Origin: an uncultured Gemmatimonadales bacterium | GTDB lineage: Bacteria > Gemmatimonadota > Gemmatimonadetes > Gemmatimonadales > Gemmatimonadaceae | NCBI GenBank assembly: GCA_963851265.1 | Contig: CAWKNZ010000007.1 | Coordinates: 256,001-320,000 of the forward strand | Length of the DNA: 64,000 bases | Direction: 5' to 3' | Part shown: positions 27,307 through 37,272 of the stretch, piece by piece | Layout of the letters: each line of letters begins with the position of its first letter | Numbering within the stretch: position 1 is the first letter of the stretch | The notes under the pieces: model-generated | Databases searched by the model: none | Seen by the model: only the letters and a program-made list of their open reading frames with translations | Told to the model about the DNA's origin: nothing | Position numbers and translations under genes: made by a program

Positions 27307-28512
27307 TCAGGCCGCGTCTCCGCCCGGCCCGGGCACGGCCGGGAGGCGCCCGTCGACGTCGTCCTCGGGCGCGACGACGAGCACGTCGAGGCGGGACCCG
27401 CCGTCGAGCAGCCGCTCGACCACCGACCCGCGGCGCAGGCGGTACCAGCGCGAGCGCCGCGTCGCGCCCACCACGGCGAGCGTGACGCCGCGCTCCGCCG
27501 CGAACCGCGCGAGCGCCGCGGCGACGTCCTCTCCCTCGAGCTTCACCACCTCCGCGCCTAACGTCTGGGCGCGCTGGATGTTCTCGACGAGCCGCCGCTG
27601 CACGGCGGTGTCGATGCGGTCGGCCGACTCGGCGGCCGTCTGCACGTACACGCAGTACCAGTCGGAGTTGAGGCGCCCCGCGATGCGGCTCGCCTTGCGG
27701 AGCAGCACGCGCGAGAGCGGCGGGTCGCTCGACAGGCAGACCATCAGGCGATCGACGGCGCGGGGGGCGGCGCGAGGCGCGTCGGGCGCGCCCAGCCGCG
27801 CGATCCCCGCCTCGCGCCCGCGGTCCACGGCGCCGGCGACCTCGCGCAGGGCGAGTTCTCGCAGCGTCGAGAGGTTCTCGTCGGTGAAGAAGTGGGCGAG
27901 CGCCGCGTCGATCTTCTCCGCGCGGTAGATCTTCCCGTCGCGCAGCCGCTGGCGCAGGTCGTCGGCCGCGAGGTCGAGGTTGACCACCTGGTCGGCCTGC
28001 GCGACCACCCAGTCGGGCACCGTCTCGCGGACCGTGACGCCGAGTTCGCGCTCGACCACGTCGTTCAGCGACTCGAGGTGCTGCACGTTGACCGCCGAGA
28101 TCACGTTGATCCCCTCGTCGAGAAGGAAGATCACGTCCTGCCAGCGCTTCGCGTTCCGGCTGCCGGGCACGTTGGTGTGCGCGAGCTCGTCGACGAGGGT
28201 GACCTGCGGGCGGCGCGCGAGCACGCCGTCCACGTCCATCTCGTCGAGCGTGACGCCGCGGTACGCGATGCGTGCCCGCGGCACCACTTCCAGGTCCCCG
28301 AGCTGCGCGTCGGTATCGGCGCGCCCGTGCGTCTCGACGAAGCCGACGACGACGTCGACGTTGCGCCGCCTGAGGTCGTGGGCCTCCTGCAGCATGCGGT
28401 ACGTCTTCCCGACGCCCGCCGCCATGCCGACGTAGAGCTTCAGCTTCCCGCGCTCGCGACGCGTGACGAGGTCGAGGAACGACGGCGCGGCGTTGGGCGC
28501 GGGGGCGGTCAT
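27307..28512 (-). CDS. kdpD: KdpD N-terminal domain plus USP domain (soluble half of split KdpD)
   Basis: RGKLKLYVGMAAGVGKTYRML, VETHGR, LVDELAHTNVPGSRNAKRWQD, NVQHLESLND, LRELALR; ATG 28512. Confidence 0.93.
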   Translation of the reverse strand: MTAPAPNAAPSFLDLVTRRERGKLKLYVGMAAGVGKTYRMLQEAHDLRRRNVDVVVGFVETHGRADTDAQLGDLEVVPRARIAYRGVTLDEMDVDGVLARRPQVTLVDELAHTNVPGSRNAKRWQDVIFLLDEGINVISAVNVQHLESLNDVVERELGVTVRETVPDWVVAQADQVVNLDLAADDLRQRLRDGKIYRAEKIDAALAHFFTDENLSTLRELALREVAGAVDRGREAGIARLGAPDAPRAAPRAVDRLMVCLSSDPPLSRVLLRKASRIAGRLNSDWYCVYVQTAAESADRIDTAVQRRLVENIQRAQTLGAEVVKLEGEDVAAALARFAAERGVTLAVVGATRRSRWYRLRRGSVVERLLDGGSRLDVLVVAPEDDVDGRLPAVPGPGGDAA

Positions 28513-28573
28513 GGTCGCGAGGGCGGGGTCGCGAGGGCGTCGCGGGGTGTCGCGCGCGGAGCGGGTGCGCGCG

Positions 28574-29830
28574 TCAGAACGTGAGCGCCATCGACGTGAC
28601 CACGAATCCGTCCGCCTTGCGCGGATCGCCGCTCTTGCCGTTCGGGAACACGGCGTCGCGGTTGCGGAAGCCGCGCAGCTCGGTGCGGAAGAGCACGCGC
28701 GGCACCGGCGACACGTCGACGCCCACCGACGCGCCGTCGCCGCGGAACGCCGGGTTCGCGACCGAGGCAACCGCACCCGCGCCGTCCGTCGTCGCCAGTG
28801 GCACGTTCCGCGATCCGGTCGAGAGGATCACCTGGTCGGGGTCGGCGTAGCGCTCCACGCGCCCGACGAGCGCGACGTTCGACGTGATCTGGCCGCGGAG
28901 CACGGCGAGGAGCCCGTACCAGCTCGACGAGCCCGACGCGCCGTTCGGGCGGCGCTGCGTGCCGACGTCGGCCTCGCCCAACACGGTGATCGGCCCGCGG
29001 GTGACCTTCGCACCCACGCCGTTGAACGTGCGCAGCAGGTTGCCCGCCTCGTCGGTGAACAGGTTGTAGTAGCTCAGCGTGCTGTTGGCGTCGGGCGCGT
29101 AGTCGAGCCGCACCCCCGCGCCCTTGCCCGAGTTGTTCTCCGAGATGTTCTGCCACCCGTTCACCACGTCCATGCGCACCGTCAGCTTCGACGTCGCGGT
29201 GTAGGTGAATTTGACGCCCGCCGAGTAGTACGGTGAGTAGTCGGCGACGAGCGACCGCGTGTACGTCGGGTTGTCGCGCGAGATCCAGCTCTCCATCCCC
29301 ATGTTGGAGAAGAAGATGCCGCCGTCCACCCAGAGATTCTTCCCCAGCTTGTAGCCGGCCGTCGCTTCCTGCAGGTACTGCTGCACCGTCGGCCCGCTCA
29401 CCACGCCGTTGCGCGCCTCGCCGATGTAGTTGTCCTGCACGCTCGTGCCGAACTGCACGGCGAGGCGGCCGCGGTACCTGGGCGCGTCGAGCTTGGCTTC
29501 GACGTATGCGAGGTTGACGTTGAACTCGTTGTGCCGCGCGGGCTGGGTGGTGAACAGGGCGCCGCCCGCGAACGAGCGGTCGGTGGTCGGCGGGCGGCCG
29601 AAATCGTACGCGTAGTACCCGTCGAAGAAGCCGCCGAAGGTGACCTTGGGCGCCGTGTCGGGCGCGGCCGCCGCGCGCGCGCTCGTGTCGGCGGCCGGCG
29701 GCGCGGCCGTAGTCGCCTGCGCCCACAGCGCGGCCGGCGCGAGCGCGGCACCGAGGCACGCGGTGGTCGAGACCACCGCGCGGGGCGCCGCGCGGAACAC
29801 CGCGCGCGCGCGGGCAGAGAGAACGGACAT
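28574..29830 (-). CDS. Outer-membrane beta-barrel porin (BBP2/OmpL-like)
   Basis: Signal peptide, FGGFFDGYYAYDF, NEFNVNLAY, GMESWISRDN, YSPYY, NGWQNI, C-terminal Phe; ATG 29830. Confidence 0.85.
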   Translation of the reverse strand: MSVLSARARAVFRAAPRAVVSTTACLGAALAPAALWAQATTAAPPAADTSARAAAAPDTAPKVTFGGFFDGYYAYDFGRPPTTDRSFAGGALFTTQPARHNEFNVNLAYVEAKLDAPRYRGRLAVQFGTSVQDNYIGEARNGVVSGPTVQQYLQEATAGYKLGKNLWVDGGIFFSNMGMESWISRDNPTYTRSLVADYSPYYSAGVKFTYTATSKLTVRMDVVNGWQNISENNSGKGAGVRLDYAPDANSTLSYYNLFTDEAGNLLRTFNGVGAKVTRGPITVLGEADVGTQRRPNGASGSSSWYGLLAVLRGQITSNVALVGRVERYADPDQVILSTGSRNVPLATTDGAGAVASVANPAFRGDGASVGVDVSPVPRVLFRTELRGFRNRDAVFPNGKSGDPRKADGFVVTSMALTF

Positions 29831-29835
29831 GGAAG

Positions 29836-30456
29836 TCAGCGAGAGGGAGCCGCCGCGGCCGGTGCGGCGGCGGTCGGGCGCGGGAACGCCGAGTCGACGG
29901 CGATGTTGAGCAGCAGCACGTTCACGCGCGGCTCGCCGAGGATACCGAACTGGCGTCCCTCGGTGTGCGCGTCGAGGAGGCGCTGCACGGCGTTGGGCGA
30001 TGCGCCGCGGGCGCGCGCGACGCGTGCCACCTGCAGCCGCGCGTTGGCCGGCGAGATGTGCGGGTCGAGCCCCGATCCGGAACTGGTCACCATGTCGGCG
30101 GGGATCCGCCCGCGCGTGGCGCCGTCTTCCTTGACGACCGCGTCGACGGCCTGCGCGACCAGCGTGTCGGCGAGCTTGCGGTCGGTCGGCCCCTTGTTGG
30201 TCCCGGACGACAGCGTGTCGTCGTACCCGTTGCCCGCCGCGGAGGGGCGCGGGTGGAAGTACTCGGCGCGCGCGAACGGCTGCCCGATGAGCGCGGAGCC
30301 GACCACTCGGCCGTTGACGCTGACGAGCGAGCCGTTGGCCTGCCGCGGGAAGAACACCTGCGCGAGCCCGGTCACGACGCCGGGGTAGACGACGCCCGTG
30401 AGCACGCAGAGCAGCAGCGTCAGCAGGATCGCGGGGCGGAACTGGTTCTTGAGCAT
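29836..30456 (-). CDS. kdpC: K+-transporting ATPase subunit C
   Basis: QANGSL, GSALIGQ, YFHPRPSA, PADMVTSSGSGLDPHIS, GEPRVNVLLLN. Confidence 0.97.
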   Translation of the reverse strand: MLKNQFRPAILLTLLLCVLTGVVYPGVVTGLAQVFFPRQANGSLVSVNGRVVGSALIGQPFARAEYFHPRPSAAGNGYDDTLSSGTNKGPTDRKLADTLVAQAVDAVVKEDGATRGRIPADMVTSSGSGLDPHISPANARLQVARVARARGASPNAVQRLLDAHTEGRQFGILGEPRVNVLLLNIAVDSAFPRPTAAAPAAAAPSR

Positions 30457-30465
30457 CGGAGTGTG

Positions 30466-32679
30466 TTAGACGAGGCGGAGCGCGACGAGCAGCACGTCGA
30501 TGAGCTTGATGCCGACGAACGGCACGATCAGCCCGCCAACGCCGTACACGAGCAGGTTGCGTCGCAGGATCGCCCCGGCCGACGCGGGGCGGTACGCCAC
30601 GCCGCGCAGCGCGAGCGGGATCAGCGCGACGATGATCAGGGCGTTGAAGATCACGCTGGCGAGGATCGCGCTCTCGGGCGAGTGCAGCCGCATGACGTTG
30701 AGCGACTCCAGCCCGCCGCGCGCGCCGTACACCGTGAGGAAGATCGCCGGGATGATCGCGAAGTACTTGGCCACGTCGTTCGCGATCGAGAACGTGGTCA
30801 GCGAGCCGCGGGTCATCAGCAGCTGCTTCCCGATCTCGACGATCTCGATGAGCTTGGTCGGGTTGGAGTCGAGGTCGACCATGTTCCCCGCCTCCTTGGC
30901 CGCCTGCGTCCCGCTGTTCATCGCCACCCCGACGTCGGCCTGCGCCAGCGCGGGCGCGTCGTTGGTGCCGTCGCCGGTCATCGCGACCAGCTTCCCGCCG
31001 CCCTGTTCGCGCCGGATGAGCGCCATCTTGTCCTCCGGCTTCGCCTCGGCGAGGAAGTCGTCCACGCCGGCCTCCTTCGCGATCGCGGCCGCCGTGAGCG
31101 GGTTGTCGCCCGTGATCATGACGGTGCGGATCCCCATCGCGCGCAGCCGGTCGAACCGCTCGCGCATGCCGCCCTTCACGATGTCCTTGAGGTAGATCAC
31201 GCCGAGGGCGCGCGCCGTGCCGTTCAGCCGCTCGGCGACGACGAGCGGCGTACCGCCCTCGCGCGCCACGCGTTCGACGGTGGCGCCCATCTCGGCGGGC
31301 GCACGTCCGCCGTGCTCCGCGAGCCAGCGTGCCACCGACTCGCCGGCGCCCTTGCGCACCTCGAAGCGCGCCGCGCCGTGGCCGACGTTGACGCCGCTCA
31401 TCCGCGTGCTCGCCGAGAAGGGCACGAACTCGGTCTCGCCCTGGCCGTCCGCGGCGCCGACCTCGCGCCCGCGCAGCCCGTACGCGTCCTTCGCGAGCAC
31501 CACGACGCTGCGCCCCTCGGGCGTCTCGTCGGCGAGTGAGGAGAGCTGTGCGCGGTCGGCGAGGTACGCCTCGTCGACGCCCGGCAGCGCGTAGAACGCC
31601 GCCGCCTGCCGGTTGCCTAACGTGATCGTCCCGGTCTTGTCGAGCAGGAGCGTGTTCACGTCCCCCGCCGCCTCGACCGCGCGCCCGCTCGTCGCGATGA
31701 CGTTCTGCTGGATCATGCGGTCCATCCCCGCGATGCCGATCGCCGACAGCAGCCCGCCGATCGTCGTCGGGATGAGGCAGACGAGCAGCGCGATGAGCAC
31801 CGGTACGCTCACCGGCGCGCCGGCGTACGCCGCGAACGGCTGCAGCGTCGCGACCGCGAGCACGAAGACGATCGTCAGCCCCGAGAGAAGGATGGTGAGC
31901 GCGATCTCGTTGGGCGTCTTCTGCCGGCTCGCGCCCTCGACGAGCGCGATCATCCGATCGATGAAGGTCTCGCCCGGGTTGGCCGCGATGCGCACGACGA
32001 GCCAGTCGGACAGCACCTTCGTCCCGCCGGTCACGGCGGAGCGGTCGCCGCCGCTCTCGCGCACCACGGGCGCGCTCTCGCCGGTGATGGCGCTCTCGTC
32101 CACCGACGCGACGCCGTCGACCACCTCGCCGTCGCTCGGGATCACGTCGCCGGGGACGAGGGCGACGAGGTCGCCCTTCCGGAGCGTCTCGGCGCCGACC
32201 ATCTCGGTGCGGGTCCGGTCGTACGGCGCGGCCCCCGCGCCGACGAGCTTGCGCGCCGTCGTCTGCGTGCGGCTCTTGCGCAGCGTGTCGGCCTGCGCCT
32301 TGCCGCGCCCCTCGGCCATCGCCTCGGCGAAGTTGGCGAAGAGGACCGTGAACCAGAGCCAGACCGTGAGCTGCAGGATGAAGCCGGTGCCCGGGCGGCC
32401 GACGGCCACGTCGCGCACGAGGGTGACCGTCGTGTACGCCGAGCCGACGAGCACGACGAACATGACGGGGTTCCGCACCATGTGGCGCGGGTCGAGCTTG
32501 GCGACCGCGTCGCGGAGCGCGCGCCGCACGATCGGGCCGTCGAACAGCGCGCGCGAGCGCGCCTCGGACTGCCGGCCCCGCGCGACCGGCGAGGCCGGAC
32601 GCGGAGCCTGCGGCGGCGCGGGCGACTGCGGCGCGGGCGACGGCGGCGCCGGCGCGGGGGGAAGCTGGGTGGTGGCCAT
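30466..32679 (-). CDS. kdpB: K+-transporting ATPase subunit B
   Basis: [50 protein letters not shown]. Confidence 0.98.
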   Translation of the reverse strand: MATTQLPPAPAPPSPAPQSPAPPQAPRPASPVARGRQSEARSRALFDGPIVRRALRDAVAKLDPRHMVRNPVMFVVLVGSAYTTVTLVRDVAVGRPGTGFILQLTVWLWFTVLFANFAEAMAEGRGKAQADTLRKSRTQTTARKLVGAGAAPYDRTRTEMVGAETLRKGDLVALVPGDVIPSDGEVVDGVASVDESAITGESAPVVRESGGDRSAVTGGTKVLSDWLVVRIAANPGETFIDRMIALVEGASRQKTPNEIALTILLSGLTIVFVLAVATLQPFAAYAGAPVSVPVLIALLVCLIPTTIGGLLSAIGIAGMDRMIQQNVIATSGRAVEAAGDVNTLLLDKTGTITLGNRQAAAFYALPGVDEAYLADRAQLSSLADETPEGRSVVVLAKDAYGLRGREVGAADGQGETEFVPFSASTRMSGVNVGHGAARFEVRKGAGESVARWLAEHGGRAPAEMGATVERVAREGGTPLVVAERLNGTARALGVIYLKDIVKGGMRERFDRLRAMGIRTVMITGDNPLTAAAIAKEAGVDDFLAEAKPEDKMALIRREQGGGKLVAMTGDGTNDAPALAQADVGVAMNSGTQAAKEAGNMVDLDSNPTKLIEIVEIGKQLLMTRGSLTTFSIANDVAKYFAIIPAIFLTVYGARGGLESLNVMRLHSPESAILASVIFNALIIVALIPLALRGVAYRPASAGAILRRNLLVYGVGGLIVPFVGIKLIDVLLVALRLV

Positions 32680-32703
32680 GTGGGCGTGTGGACTCGGGGT
32701 CGG

Positions 32704-34428
32704 TCAGAACAGCGTGCCGCGGGCCATCAGGAAGTGCTCGACGATCGGGCCTAACGCGAGCGCGGGGAAGAACGTGAGGGCGCCGACGATGAGCACCACG
32801 CCGACGAGCAGCCCCGTGAACAGCGGGGTCGTCACGGGGAACGTGCCCGACGTTTCCGGCGCGATCTTGCGGTCCGCGAGGAACCCGGCCAGCGCGAGCA
32901 TCGGCACGATCAGGGCGAAGCGGCCGACGAGCGTCGCCGCGCCGAGCATCGTGTTGTAGTAGTACGTCGAGCCGGTGAGGCCGGCGAACGCGGAGCCGTT
33001 GTTCCCCACCGCCGACGAGAACGCGTACAGGATCTCCGAGAGCCCGTGCGGCCCGGCGTTGTTGAGTCCCGCCAGTCCGGGCTTCGCGACCACCGAGATG
33101 GCGGAGAACACGAGCATCGCCCCCCCCGAGATCAGGACGTAGAGCATCGCCATCTGGACCTCGCGCGCCTGGATCTTCTTGCCCAGGTATTCGGGCGTCC
33201 GCCCGACCATCAGCCCCGCGATGAACACCGTGAGCACGACGAAGATCAGCATGCCGTAGAGCCCGGCGCCGACGCCGCCGAACACCACCTCGCCGAGCTG
33301 GATGTTGAGCATCGGCACGAGCCCGCCGATCGGGGTGAAGCTGTCGTGCATGCTGTTGACGGCGCCGCACGAGGCGTCGGTGGTCATCGTGGCGTAGAGC
33401 GCGGAGTTGGCGACGCCGAAGCGCACCTCCTTCCCCTCCATGTTGCCGCCCGGGTTCGTCGCGCTCGTGACCACGTCGACCCCGCGCGCGGCGTGGATCG
33501 GGTTGCCGCGCGCCTCGGCCCAGTAGGCCGTCGTCACGCCCGCGAAGAAGAGCGCGAACATCGCCCCCCACACCGCCCAGCCGTGCCGCTGCCGCCCGAC
33601 CATGCGCCCGAGCAGCCACGTGAGCGCCGACGGGATCGCGAAGATGAGGAACATCGACCACCAGTTGGTCCACGGCGTCGGGTTCTCGAACGGGTGCGCC
33701 GCGTTGGCGTTGAAGAACCCGCCCCCGTTGGTCCCGAGCTGCTTGATCAGCTCCTGGCTCGCCACCGGCCCCATCGCGAGCGTCTGCCGCGCACCCTCGA
33801 GCGTGGTGAGCGAGACGTACGGGCGGAAGGTCTGGATCACGCCCTGCTGCACGAGGAGCAGCGACAGCACGATCGAGAGGGGCAGCAGCACGTAGAGCGT
33901 GCCGCGCACCAGGTCCGCCCAGAAGTTGCCGAGGCGCCCCCGGGCCTCCTCGCCCCGGCGCGCGATGCCGCGCACGAGGCCGACCGCGACTGCCATGCCG
34001 ACGGCCGCGGACGCGAAGTTGTGGAACGCGAGCTGGGTCATCTGCGAGAAGTACGACATCGTCGTCTCGCCCGAGTAGCTCTGCCAGTTGGTGTTGGTCG
34101 TGAAGCTCGCCGCCGTCTCGAACGCCTGCCGGTCGGGCACGGCGCCCAGGTGCTGCGGGTTGAGCGGCAGCAGGTGCTGCACGCGCAGCACGGCGTACGT
34201 GAGCAGCATCGACGCCACGCTGAACAGCAGCATGCCCGCGGCGTAGCGCGTCCAGTGCTGATCCTCCGCCGGATCGACGCCGCCCGCCGCGTAGAGCGCG
34301 CGCTCGACGGGCGCGAGCCACCGTACCCGGCCCTCGTACACCGCGACGAGGTACTGGCCTAACGGTTTCGCGACGAGGAACACCGCCGCGCACATGAGGA
34401 GGATCTGCAGCCAGCCGTTGATGGTCAT
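32704..34428 (-). CDS. kdpA: K+-transporting ATPase subunit A
   Basis: SFTTNTNWQSYSGE, LGTNGGGFF, SCGAVN, GGVGAG, GRTPEYLGKK, NNGSAFAG. Confidence 0.98.
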   Translation of the reverse strand: MTINGWLQILLMCAAVFLVAKPLGQYLVAVYEGRVRWLAPVERALYAAGGVDPAEDQHWTRYAAGMLLFSVASMLLTYAVLRVQHLLPLNPQHLGAVPDRQAFETAASFTTNTNWQSYSGETTMSYFSQMTQLAFHNFASAAVGMAVAVGLVRGIARRGEEARGRLGNFWADLVRGTLYVLLPLSIVLSLLLVQQGVIQTFRPYVSLTTLEGARQTLAMGPVASQELIKQLGTNGGGFFNANAAHPFENPTPWTNWWSMFLIFAIPSALTWLLGRMVGRQRHGWAVWGAMFALFFAGVTTAYWAEARGNPIHAARGVDVVTSATNPGGNMEGKEVRFGVANSALYATMTTDASCGAVNSMHDSFTPIGGLVPMLNIQLGEVVFGGVGAGLYGMLIFVVLTVFIAGLMVGRTPEYLGKKIQAREVQMAMLYVLISGGAMLVFSAISVVAKPGLAGLNNAGPHGLSEILYAFSSAVGNNGSAFAGLTGSTYYYNTMLGAATLVGRFALIVPMLALAGFLADRKIAPETSGTFPVTTPLFTGLLVGVVLIVGALTFFPALALGPIVEHFLMARGTLF

Positions 34429-34456
34429 CGGCCGGATCCCGCGTCGGCACGGCGCA

Positions 34457-34546
34457 TCAGAACCGCTCCGGCCGGAGGAGCGTGTACGTGAGGTACACGA
34501 GGAGCGCCGCGGCGAGCAGCCCGGCGACGGCGGTCTCAGCGCTCAT
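34457..34546 (-). CDS. kdpF: K+-transporting ATPase subunit F (29 aa)
   Basis: MSAETAVAGLLAAALLVYLTYTLLRPERF with typical YL..LL.PE.F end; GGAGG upstream. Confidence 0.93.
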   Translation of the reverse strand: MSAETAVAGLLAAALLVYLTYTLLRPERF

Positions 34547-34652
34547 CGCCCCCCTCCGCTGGCGCCGCGCCGAGGCGCGCGCACCCGCCGACGTACGCGA
34601 GCATGAGGGCGAAAAAGCCGATCGATCCGGCGACGTAGAGGAGGTCGAGCAT
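34536..34652 (-). CDS. Small one-TM peptide upstream of kdpF (38 aa)
   Basis: MLDLLYVAGSIGFFALMLAYVGGCARLG; stop overlaps the kdpF start region. Confidence 0.75.
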   Translation of the reverse strand: MLDLLYVAGSIGFFALMLAYVGGCARLGAAPAEGGDER

Positions 34653-34767
34653 CGGGCGAGGACTGGAGTGGGTCGGCGCACCGGACGCCGGCGCGGCCGG
34701 AGGCGGTGCAACGCTCCCAAGTGTGCGCGCCCGGGCGTGGCGGGCGCACAAACGTCCAGTCGACGGC

Positions 34768-34786
34768 CGTTAAGAAGCCATGAACA
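34768..34786. promoter_or_regulatory. Candidate KdpE-binding tandem repeat
   Basis: CGTTAAGAAGC/CATGAAC, imperfect 11-bp-period AT-rich repeat about 115 nt upstream of the kdp structural genes. Confidence 0.45.
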
Positions 34787-36512
34787 CCGGATCGGCGAAC
34801 GCGTCGTCCCCGAGCCGCGCGCCCGGCAGCCAGAGCGTGAACACGCTCCCGCCGCCCTCGCGGGCCGCGTACGACACGGTCCCGCCCTGCCGCTCCGCGA
34901 GCCCGCGCGCGATCGCGAGCCCGAGCCCCGCGCCGCCGGCGTCCACCCGAGCGCCCGGCGCGCGATAGAACGGCGCGAAAATCCGCTCGCGCTCGGTCGC
35001 CGCCACACCCGGGCCGCGGTCGCACACGTCGATGCACAGCCGCGGCGGCGCGCCCTGGTCGGCGGCGTCCTCTTCTAGCGCCTCGCGGACCAACACCTCC
35101 ACCGCCGTGCCCGCGGGCGCATACTTGTGCGCGTTCTCGACGAGGTTGACGAGCGCCCGCGCGGCCTGGTCGACGTCGAACCGCCCGAGCAGGAGCGGCG
35201 CGCCCGCCGGCAGCGACACCTCGACCGCCCGACCGCCGCTCGCGGGATCGCCGAGCGCGCCGGCGACGCGCTGCAGCACCACGTCGAGCAGGTCGTCGAC
35301 CGCGACCACCTCGGTCGCGACGGGCATCGCGCCGGCCTGCAGGCGCGACAGGTCGAGCAGCGCGCCCACCAGCCGCGCCAGCCGGTCGGCCTCGGCCTCG
35401 ATCGTCGCCGCCTCCTCGACGGCGTCGGGACCGTTGGGCGACGTGCGGAGGGCGTGCGCATGCGCCTTGATCGACGTGAGCGGCGTGCGCAGGTCGTGCG
35501 ACACCGCCGCGAGCACCGCGTCCTTCGCGCGCGCGGCTTCCTCGAGCGCGGCGGCGCGTTCGGCCGCGCCGGCGAGGCGTTCGCGGTCGGCCGCGAGCGC
35601 GGCGTACGCGGCGAGCGCGTCCAGATACCGCCACCGCTCCGCGGGCACACGCAGTCCGTCGCGCGCGGAAATGCGCAGCACGCCCACGAGTCGCGCTGCC
35701 ACCGGATCACGGCGCGCGTCCTCCGCCGCGAGCGGCGCCCCGTCGGCGGCTCCGTGGCGCTCCGCCGCCGTCAGCGGGACGGAAACCGCGCGCAGCTCCG
35801 ACGGGTCGAGCGGCGTCAGCGCGCGCAGCAGGCTCGCGTTAGGCGCGCGCGCCAGCCGCGTGGTGCCGTCCGTTCGTTCGGCGACGACGGTCCGCTCGCG
35901 CGCGGCGAGCCTCGCGTCGAGCGGCGGCGGGTGACCGTCCTCGGGCAGCGATCCCGTGTCCGCCAGCAGGCGAAGGATTGGGTCCACGCCCGTCAGCTCG
36001 TCCACGGCCCAGACGGCGCACGCGTCGAGGCCGACCGTGTCGCGGATCGCGGTGGCCACCGCGCCGGCCGCGTCGCGCGCGCGGGCTGCCGTGAGCGCGC
36101 GCGCGCCGAGCGCGGCCAGGCGGTCCACCTCCGCGGCACGCGCGCGTGCCGCGGCCGCCTCCTCGCGCGCGGCCGACAGGAGTCGCGCCGCGACCACGCT
36201 CGTGATCAGGAAGGCGACGAGCACGAACCAGTCGCGCGGGTCCGCGATGGCGAGCGTGCCGTACGGCGGGAGCAGGAAGTAGTCGAACGCGACGAACGCC
36301 GCGCCCGCGACGGCGAGGCCGAGCGCCCACCCGCCTCCCGCGCTCGCGCCGAGTACGACGAGCAGCAGGACGAGCGCATCGTGTGCCTTCTCGAGTCGGC
36401 CGCGAACGGCGACGAGGAGTCCGACCGCGACCGCGAGGTACACCGGCCAGAGTACGCGCGGGTCGGTGGCGACGCGCCACGCCGACCGGCGCCCCGGCGT
36501 CGTGCGCGTCAG
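34770..36512 (-). CDS. kdpD: KdpD-type membrane sensor histidine kinase (DUF4118-like TMs, GAF-like, HisKA, HATPase); start uncertain
   Basis: FDYFLLPPYGTL, AVSHDLRTPL, NLVENAHKY, DRGPGV, FAPFYR, GAGLGLAI. Confidence 0.88.
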   Translation of the reverse strand: MTRTTPGRRSAWRVATDPRVLWPVYLAVAVGLLVAVRGRLEKAHDALVLLLVVLGASAGGGWALGLAVAGAAFVAFDYFLLPPYGTLAIADPRDWFVLVAFLITSVVAARLLSAAREEAAAARARAAEVDRLAALGARALTAARARDAAGAVATAIRDTVGLDACAVWAVDELTGVDPILRLLADTGSLPEDGHPPPLDARLAARERTVVAERTDGTTRLARAPNASLLRALTPLDPSELRAVSVPLTAAERHGAADGAPLAAEDARRDPVAARLVGVLRISARDGLRVPAERWRYLDALAAYAALAADRERLAGAAERAAALEEAARAKDAVLAAVSHDLRTPLTSIKAHAHALRTSPNGPDAVEEAATIEAEADRLARLVGALLDLSRLQAGAMPVATEVVAVDDLLDVVLQRVAGALGDPASGGRAVEVSLPAGAPLLLGRFDVDQAARALVNLVENAHKYAPAGTAVEVLVREALEEDAADQGAPPRLCIDVCDRGPGVAATERERIFAPFYRAPGARVDAGGAGLGLAIARGLAERQGGTVSYAAREGGGSVFTLWLPGARLGDDAFADPVFMAS

Positions 36513-37252
36513 AGTGCGAACCGGTATCCGACCCCCGCCTCGGTCTTCAGGTGGCGCGGGCGCACGGGGTCGGCCTCGAGCTTGCGCCGCAGGTGGGCCA
36601 CGTGCACGCGGAGGTACGCCTGCGCGTCGCCGTACGCGCGTCCGGGCCAGACCGCGGCGAACAGTTGACGATGCGTGAGTGGCCGGTCGGCGTGCGCGAC
36701 GAGCGTCGTCAACAGTGACCACTCGATCGGCGTGAGGTGGACGGCCTCGCCCGTCCGCTCGACCACGCGGCGTCCGTAGTCGATCAGGAGGTCGCCGGCC
36801 ACGACGCGGGTCGTGTCGATCGCGACCCCGTCGGCGCCCGTCTGCTCGGCGCGCGCGCCGGCCCCGCGGGCCGATCGCCGGAGCAGCGCGCGGGCGCGCG
36901 CCTGGAGCTCGACGACCGAGAACGGCTTCGTGAGGTAGTCGTCCGCACCGCCGTCCAGCAGCTCGGCCTTTTCCGTGTCGGCGTGGCGTGCGGAGAGCAC
37001 GAGCACCGGCACCGTCGACCACGCGCGCAGCTCGCGGAGCACCGCGCGCCCGTCCATGTCGGGCAGGCCGAGGTCGAGGATGATCAGCGCCGGCCGCTCG
37101 GCCGCTGCGTGTGCGAGCGCCGCCTCGCCGGTGCCCGCCTCGCTCACGCGCGTTGCGATCGGCGGGTCCGATTCGACCAGCGCGTGACGAACGGCCCGCC
37201 GGATCGGAAGCTCGTCGTCCACGACGAGCACCGTGACCGGCGGGCCGTGCAT
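36509..37252 (-). CDS. kdpE: KdpE response regulator (OmpR family)
   Basis: LVVDDE, LDLGLPDMDG, GADDYLTKPF, HLTPIEW, YLRVHVAHLRRKLEADP, TEAGVGYRF. Confidence 0.93.
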   Translation of the reverse strand: MHGPPVTVLVVDDELPIRRAVRHALVESDPPIATRVSEAGTGEAALAHAAAERPALIILDLGLPDMDGRAVLRELRAWSTVPVLVLSARHADTEKAELLDGGADDYLTKPFSVVELQARARALLRRSARGAGARAEQTGADGVAIDTTRVVAGDLLIDYGRRVVERTGEAVHLTPIEWSLLTTLVAHADRPLTHRQLFAAVWPGRAYGDAQAYLRVHVAHLRRKLEADPVRPRHLKTEAGVGYRFAL

Positions 37253-37272
37253 CGGCGCCAGGCCGTCGCGGG

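Noticed and set aside
28574..34450. 1958-aa ORF
   Set aside because: Arg/Ala-rich off-frame read-through of kdpABC; only the last 418 aa (porin) are credible.
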